Assembly (NCBI GenBank): GCA_965222075.1
Contig: OZ244937.1
Location: forward strand, 1,760,001 to 1,824,000
Length of the DNA stretch: 64,000 bases
From: Candidatus Latescibacterota bacterium
GTDB lineage: Bacteria; Latescibacterota; UBA2968; GCA-2709665
Direction of reading: 5' to 3'
Part shown: piece after piece, positions 58,854 through 64,000 of the stretch
Layout of the letters: every line of letters begins with the position of its first letter
How positions within the stretch are numbered: position 1 is the stretch's first letter
The notes under the pieces: model-generated
Seen by the model: only the letters and a program-made list of their open reading frames with translations
Told to the model about the DNA's origin: nothing
Database searches by the model: none
Translations under genes and position numbers: made by a program

Positions 58854-60074
58854 TCAGTCGCGCTTAGCTCCCAAATCTTCGTCTTCGCGGATCAGATTGC
58901 CGGCCTCGTGTGTAATCCCCGAGTTTTCCATCACATTGCCACGGATCAGAATCGGTCGGTTGGTGCCGGTCTGGTCGTTCACAATCAGTTCAACGTTTTT
59001 GAAATGGTTGCCGGTGACCGCCATGCCGGCGCCTGTGAGCCACAAAGGAAGGCGCTCTTCCCCGTCGTGCCCCCGGATCACATTCCCCGTCACAGACGTG
59101 TCGAAGCCCCGCACATCCATCGCCAGCCCCAGCTGGCCGCCGCCATCCACAACGACGATATTATTGGCGATGACATGCCGTTCGGAATCGGCCCAGGAGC
59201 GGAAGGCGATATCCAGATCCCCATTCTCCCTCACGTGGACGATGTTGTTGGACATCACGATCGAATTCCCGGCATCGGACCCGACCGCAACATGCGTGCG
59301 CCCGGTGATCTCCACGTAGTTCCCCATAACGAACCCGGGACCGGTCAGAAGCTCGACCGCATCCGACATCGCGTTGCCCAGACGATTGTTGACCACCCGC
59401 AGGTTGCGGCCCTGGAGCATAATGCCAAGACGCTGGGCATTGAGAACGGTACAGTTCTCGATCGTGATATCATGGTTGGGCTCGGGACAGGATCCGCCCG
59501 GTTCGGCGCAGAATGCCTTGATGCCGCAATACTCAAACCGCCCGTGCGAGATATTGCGAAACTCGGCCCCGTTGTAAGGATTCTGGTCCCGGTTCTGGTC
59601 CACCCAGAGGTCGCGAATCGTGATATTGCCCACGCCATTGCCGATGATGCGGATCACATTCGTATTCTGATTCGGGGCCAGAATCAACCGTGTGGCCGAG
59701 CCCTGGCCGGCCAGGGTCACATCGCTGCGGTCGATGATCAGCCCGCCCAGCTTTCCCTCCACCTTGCGGATGTCGTAGACGCCCTCCATGAGTGTCACGG
59801 TACCGCCGACCGGCGGAAGGGCTTTGATCGCGGCGTAAATCTCCTCCTGATCCCCAACGCCGTCGCCCACAAAATCGGCAGCGGCCTTCGACTTCTCCGA
59901 TGAATTCTCCGTTGCGACAATCATCGTTCTTCCCTGTGTCTGAGATGAAAAACTGAGGATGGAAGAAAGTGCCACGACCAGGACTGCCGTCTTTGTCCAT
60001 CCGGGATGCCCATGTTCAGACCGTTTCGCACAGGCCACTTTTCCATGATCCGAAATCAATCTTACCCCTCGCAT
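58854..60074 (-). CDS. Right-handed parallel beta-helix protein (pectate lyase/NosD-like), start uncertain
   Basis: ADFVGDGVGDQEEIYAAI...GGTVTLMEGVY, repeated V.gN.I strands. Confidence 0.75.
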   Translation of the reverse strand: MRGVRLISDHGKVACAKRSEHGHPGWTKTAVLVVALSSILSFSSQTQGRTMIVATENSSEKSKAAADFVGDGVGDQEEIYAAIKALPPVGGTVTLMEGVYDIRKVEGKLGGLIIDRSDVTLAGQGSATRLILAPNQNTNVIRIIGNGVGNITIRDLWVDQNRDQNPYNGAEFRNISHGRFEYCGIKAFCAEPGGSCPEPNHDITIENCTVLNAQRLGIMLQGRNLRVVNNRLGNAMSDAVELLTGPGFVMGNYVEITGRTHVAVGSDAGNSIVMSNNIVHVRENGDLDIAFRSWADSERHVIANNIVVVDGGGQLGLAMDVRGFDTSVTGNVIRGHDGEERLPLWLTGAGMAVTGNHFKNVELIVNDQTGTNRPILIRGNVMENSGITHEAGNLIREDEDLGAKRD

Positions 60075-60078
60075 TCCT

Positions 60079-61149
60079 CTACCTCTTCTTCAAACAGAAC
60101 AGATATTCCTCCACGCGGTCTGCCTTATAAACCCGGTTCTCCCGGTCCGTATCCGCCCGAAAACGCTGGTAATCCCGTATCACCACATCCACCTCACCGT
60201 ATTGACCGATCATTTGCAAAATCTCATCCTTAGCCATAATCCCCTCACTGTTATAGCTGAGGAATACATACCGTGCCGATGTCTTTTTAACCATATCCTC
60301 AAGTGCGGGTAACGCCCGTTTTTTCGTACAGAAATCTGACTTCTGTCCATCGTACGGCCTCAATCCGGTCACGCCTTTCAAGTCCGGGTCGTCGTACCGG
60401 GCAATTGTCTCCAGCACGTGGTAATTCGCACAGTACTGGCGCTGATTATAGGGAGGATCCATATAGAGCACGTCACAAAATAGACGCTCAACCAGCTGTT
60501 GCCCATTCTCATTGTATACTTCGTGGTCCTCATCGCTCCGGACAATTGCAGGCCGCTCCAGATGCAGGGGCTTCATCGCGCTTTTCTTGATATGCTTCAA
60601 AAATGCCCCATAAACCGACGCCGTATTTGCAACCTTATCCACCGCGTCAATCAAGCTCGCCAGAAGGTAAAAGTACTCATCCTCCGTCAGCTTTCCTTCC
60701 TCTCGCCACACCTCAATCTGCATCCGGACCGCGTCGCACCGTTTGCCGTTCTCGTCCGAGAAATACTGGCGTTTGAACGCTGAGCCTGCCGTCCCGCCCG
60801 GGCAATAATTGCGATAGACGAACCCGGCTTTTCCTTTCAGCGTATTGAGGTGTTCCAGCACAACATCGATAGCATCGTAAAACAGTGCCGTCCGAATGAC
60901 TTTTAATTCCTTGAGAATCCCAGAAAATTCCGGCACCTTATTCATCCTCACAAGCGCCCGGTTGAGACAATAGGCATAATACTGGATGTCGTTGGCGACA
61001 ATTCGGAACCCCTGCTGTTTGAAGTGCCACCCCACAATCCCGGTGCCTGCAAAAAGGTCCAAAAACACCCGGCTGTCGGAATCAACCTTTTTCAGAATAC
61101 CCTTTTCGAGAAAGTGAAGGAGGGAATATTTGCTTCCAATATAATTCAT
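60079..61149 (-). CDS. D12-class N6-adenine DNA methyltransferase, M.NlaIII/M.HpyI-like
   Basis: MNYIGSK, DLFAGTGIVG, KVANTASVYGAFLK, LYMDPPYN.RQY.ANYH, FLSYNSEG. Confidence 0.88.
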   Translation of the reverse strand: MNYIGSKYSLLHFLEKGILKKVDSDSRVFLDLFAGTGIVGWHFKQQGFRIVANDIQYYAYCLNRALVRMNKVPEFSGILKELKVIRTALFYDAIDVVLEHLNTLKGKAGFVYRNYCPGGTAGSAFKRQYFSDENGKRCDAVRMQIEVWREEGKLTEDEYFYLLASLIDAVDKVANTASVYGAFLKHIKKSAMKPLHLERPAIVRSDEDHEVYNENGQQLVERLFCDVLYMDPPYNQRQYCANYHVLETIARYDDPDLKGVTGLRPYDGQKSDFCTKKRALPALEDMVKKTSARYVFLSYNSEGIMAKDEILQMIGQYGEVDVVIRDYQRFRADTDRENRVYKADRVEEYLFCLKKR

Positions 61150-61217
61150 GCATCCCTTTCAGAACACCATTTGTTGATCCTGCTGCTGCTTAGAAAATAA
61201 CCTTTCTTTTGTTCTTG

Positions 61218-61249
61218 GCCTTTTTCTTGCACGCCCAAGAAAAAGGCCG
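61218..61249. repeat. Intergenic inverted repeat
   Basis: GGCCTTTTTCTTG-CACGCC-CAAGAAAAAGGCC. Confidence 0.6.
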
Positions 61250-61408
61250 AAAAAGAAGGGCGCCGCTCAGACGCCGCGGGGGCTGCTTTTCCGCGAATTG
61301 CCCCTGTGGTGTAAGCAGGCGTTTGTGCCCTGCGGACCTTTGGGGCGTTTTTGGGCGCAGGTGCTGGGGGGATCTGCGCGGAAAAGCCCCTTCACCCCGC
61401 ACCAAACC

Positions 61409-61458
61409 GGGGGAGTCGGCAAGCCAGGCGCGCCGGTGGGGGGATCGCAGAGGCGAAA
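61409..61458. repeat. Intergenic composite REP-like repeat
   Basis: GGGGGAGTCGGCAAG identical to 6476-6490; GGATCGCAGAGGCGAAA is the reverse complement of 9728-9744. Confidence 0.75.
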
Positions 61459-61499
61459 CGCGTGAGCACAGGGCCAAATTTTCGCATTTTTTGAAAAGA

Positions 61500-64000
61500 C
61501 TACCCTCTCCCCAGCACCCCTCTCAAAAACCGTCCCGTGTGCGATCCCTCCACCTGAGCAACCTCTTCGGGCGTGCCGACCGCCACCATATATCCCCCCT
61601 CGTCGCCGCCCTCCGGCCCCAGGTCGATCACCCAGTCCGCCGTCTTGATCACATCCAGGTTGTGCTCAATCACGATCACCGTATTTCCGGCATTGACCAG
61701 CCGATTGAGCACCTCCAGCAGTTTCTGGATATCCGCAACGTGCAGCCCTGTGGTCGGCTCGTCCAGGAGGTAGACCGTCTGCCCGGTATTCGGACGGGAA
61801 AGTTCCCTGGCCAGCTTCACCCGCTGCGCCTCCCCCCCCGACAGCATCGTGGACGCCTGGCCCAGCACCATATAGCCCAGGCCCACATCCTCCAGCGTCT
61901 GCAGGAACCGGCGTGCCTTCGGCACATTTTCGAAATGCAGCAGCGCCTGTGACACCGTCATCTCCAGCACATCTGAGATCGACCGCTCCCGGAACCGCAC
62001 CTCCAGCACGTCCCGGTTGAAGCGCTTTCCGCTGCACACCTCGCATGTCACCCACACATCGGACAGAAAGTGCATCTCGATGCACCGGGAGCCCAGCCCC
62101 TCGCACGCCTCGCAACGCCCTTTGCGGCTGTTGAAACTGAAGGCCCCCGCCTTGAACCCCCGCACCTGGGCCTCCGGGAGCTGGCTGTAGAGCCGCCGGA
62201 CCTCATCGAACAGCTTCACGTACGTGGCCGGGTTGCTCCGGAGCGAAAACCCGATCGGCGTCTGGTCGATATTGATCACCTTGTCGACCAACTCCAGCCC
62301 CCTGACTTCGTCCCCCCACGCCCCGGACGCCTGGTTAACCCCTGCCGCAAGCGCCCCGAAAAGCACATCGTTCACCAGCGAACTCTTGCCCGACCCCGAC
62401 ACCCCGGTCACGCACGTCAGCGTCCCCAGCGGAAAGCGCACGTCCAGGTCCTTCAGGTTGTTGTGGTGGACGCCGGCCACCTCCAGGGCCTTCCCGTTTG
62501 CAGGCCGCCGCCTGGACGGCACCCGGATCGCCAGCTTCCCCTTGAGGTACTGCGCCGTCAGAGACCCCTTTCGCACGCTCAGCCGCCCGGGTGAATTGGC
62601 GGCCACCACCTGCCCCCCCTCTCTCCCAGCGCCCGGCCCGAAATCCAGGATGTGGTCCGCCGCCTCCAGCGTCTCCCGGTCGTGCTCCACCACCACCAGC
62701 GTATTGCCCAGGTCCCGCAGCCGCTTCAGCGCCGTCAGCAGCCGCTGGTTGTCCCTCTGGTGCAGCCCGATCGTGGGCTCGTCCAGCACGTAGAGCACCC
62801 CGGTCAGCCCGGAACCGATCTGGCTCGCCAGCCGGATACGCTGCGCCTCTCCGCCCGACAGCGTCGGTGCCCGCCGCGAAAGCGTCAGATAGCCCAGCCC
62901 GACCTCATCCAAAAACCACAGCCGGCTCCGGATCTCGTGCAGCACCTCCCCGGCGGCCGCCTGTTCCCGGGGTCCCAGCGCCATCTCCTCGAACCAGGCC
63001 CGGGCCTCTGCAATCGACAGATCCGCCGTCTGGGGCAGCGTCTTGTCCCGCAGCCGGACCGCAGCGCTCACCCGCTTCAGCCGCATTCCCTGGCAGGACG
63101 GACAGGGCACATCCTGCACGAACGCTCCCAGCCCCTTCCGAAACCCGGGCGACAGGCGGACGAGCGCCTCCACGGTGGGGAACAGCCCCCGGTACTGGAA
63201 CCTCAGCCCCCCCGGCCCGTTGATCCATTTATCCCCCAGCCCGTAGAGCAGCGCCTCCACCGCTTTATCGGGCATCTCGGACACCGGCGTGCGCAGGTCA
63301 AATCCAGCCTCCCGGCCCACTGCCGTCAACAGATCCAGCAGCTTCCCGGACAGCAGCCCCCAGGCCGTCACCGCCCCTTCCAGCAGCGACCGCTTCGGAT
63401 CGGGAATCAGCGTATTTTTCCCCATCCCCCGCTGTGTCCCCAGCCCCTCGCAGACCGGGCACCAGCCCTCCGGGCTGTTGAAGGACAGCCGCTGCGGCGT
63501 CACCTCGTCAAAGCTCTGTCCGCAGGAAGCGCATGAGAGGTGCTGGCTGAACCGCGTCTCCTCCTCTCCGTCCGCTACCACCACCACCCCGCCCGACAGG
63601 TCCAGCGCCGCCTTCACGGAATCGGCAATCCGCTTTCGCGCCGACCGCTTCAGCGTGATGCGGTCCACCAGGATCTCCAGCCGGTGCGTCTGCCGGTAGT
63701 CGATCTCCACCGGCGTCTTTAAGAGGAACACCTTCCCGTCCAGCCGCCCCCGCAGATACCCCTCCCGCCGCGCCCGCTCGATCAGCATCTCGTAGTCCTC
63801 TCCCCGCTCCGGCTCCCGGGGCGCCAGCAGGTAAAGCAGGCGCCTGCCTGCCGAGTCGCCTGCCTGCGCCGAGTTCTGCTCGGCAGGCAGGGCGCAGGCA
63901 GGTCCCTCCGGCATCTGCACCACGCGGTCTACGATCTCCTGTGCCGACTGCGCCCCGGCCGCCACCTCGCAATCGGGACAGATCACCTCCCCCAGCAGCG
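61500..64000 (-). CDS. uvrA: Excinuclease ABC subunit A (5' end outside the window)
   Basis: SFNSPEGWCPVCEG, LSGGEAQRIRLASQIGSGLTGVLYVLDEPTIGLH, TGVSGSGKSSL, DLGPEGGDEGG, SHTG. Confidence 0.96.
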   Translation of the reverse strand, partial: LLGEVICPDCEVAAGAQSAQEIVDRVVQMPEGPACALPAEQNSAQAGDSAGRRLLYLLAPREPERGEDYEMLIERARREGYLRGRLDGKVFLLKTPVEIDYRQTHRLEILVDRITLKRSARKRIADSVKAALDLSGGVVVVADGEEETRFSQHLSCASCGQSFDEVTPQRLSFNSPEGWCPVCEGLGTQRGMGKNTLIPDPKRSLLEGAVTAWGLLSGKLLDLLTAVGREAGFDLRTPVSEMPDKAVEALLYGLGDKWINGPGGLRFQYRGLFPTVEALVRLSPGFRKGLGAFVQDVPCPSCQGMRLKRVSAAVRLRDKTLPQTADLSIAEARAWFEEMALGPREQAAAGEVLHEIRSRLWFLDEVGLGYLTLSRRAPTLSGGEAQRIRLASQIGSGLTGVLYVLDEPTIGLHQRDNQRLLTALKRLRDLGNTLVVVEHDRETLEAADHILDFGPGAGREGGQVVAANSPGRLSVRKGSLTAQYLKGKLAIRVPSRRRPANGKALEVAGVHHNNLKDLDVRFPLGTLTCVTGVSGSGKSSLVNDVLFGALAAGVNQASGAWGDEVRGLELVDKVINIDQTPIGFSLRSNPATYVKLFDEVRRLYSQLPEAQVRGFKAGAFSFNSRKGRCEACEGLGSRCIEMHFLSDVWVTCEVCSGKRFNRDVLEVRFRERSISDVLEMTVSQALLHFENVPKARRFLQTLEDVGLGYMVLGQASTMLSGGEAQRVKLARELSRPNTGQTVYLLDEPTTGLHVADIQKLLEVLNRLVNAGNTVIVIEHNLDVIKTADWVIDLGPEGGDEGGYMVAVGTPEEVAQVEGSHTGRFLRGVLGRG
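63843..63902. repeat. Nested palindromic elements (27-bp outer + 33-bp inner at 63859-63891), in-frame in uvrA
   Basis: CCTGCCTGCCGAGTCG[CCTGCCTGCGCCGAGTTCTGCTCGGCAGGCAGG]GCGCAGGCAGG encodes PACALPAEQNSAQAGDSAGR. Confidence 0.9.

Noticed and set aside
1-64000. CRISPR array, tRNA or rRNA genes
   Set aside because: No regularly spaced direct repeats, cas genes or recognisable structural RNA genes were seen by eye.
61500-64000. Double-length UvrA
   Set aside because: The visible part fits a normal-length UvrA lacking about 120 N-terminal residues; this cannot be decided from the window.

Overview
GC-rich bacterial chromosome segment. A C-terminal 'DFDGDGxVDFxDF' EF-hand/dockerin-like tag suggests a Latescibacterota-like organism (inference). 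The left ~10 kb is an accessory patchwork: a PD-(D/E)xK nuclease gene split by a 223-bp MITE with a 9-bp TSD, an orphan AAA ATPase, PhyH, Gfo/Idh/MocA, a methyltransferase, adh, comA and several gene fragments. The rest holds a cobalamin-riboswitch-controlled btuB/beta-propeller/cobO operon, hpnCDE, thrC, an NtrC-type regulator, and a tonB-exbBD-ECF sigma/anti-sigma-RND-RDD-FN3 lipoprotein cluster. It also holds a sigma54-type operon (flavin-disulfide reductase, VTT, DUF547, MsrP without MsrQ, PGI, radical SAM), a GH88 cluster, a Gld-like ABC system, sppA, two paralogous ABC exporters with DUF1854, a solitary M.NlaIII/M.HpyI-like methylase and the 3' part of uvrA. The most striking unexplained signal is a family of tiny palindromes, CCTGCCTGC-(hairpin)-GCAGGCAGG. 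All copies are multiples of 3 bp, and they sit in-frame in three unrelated genes, including a nested copy in uvrA. All calls come from reading the sequence by eye; no database searches were run.
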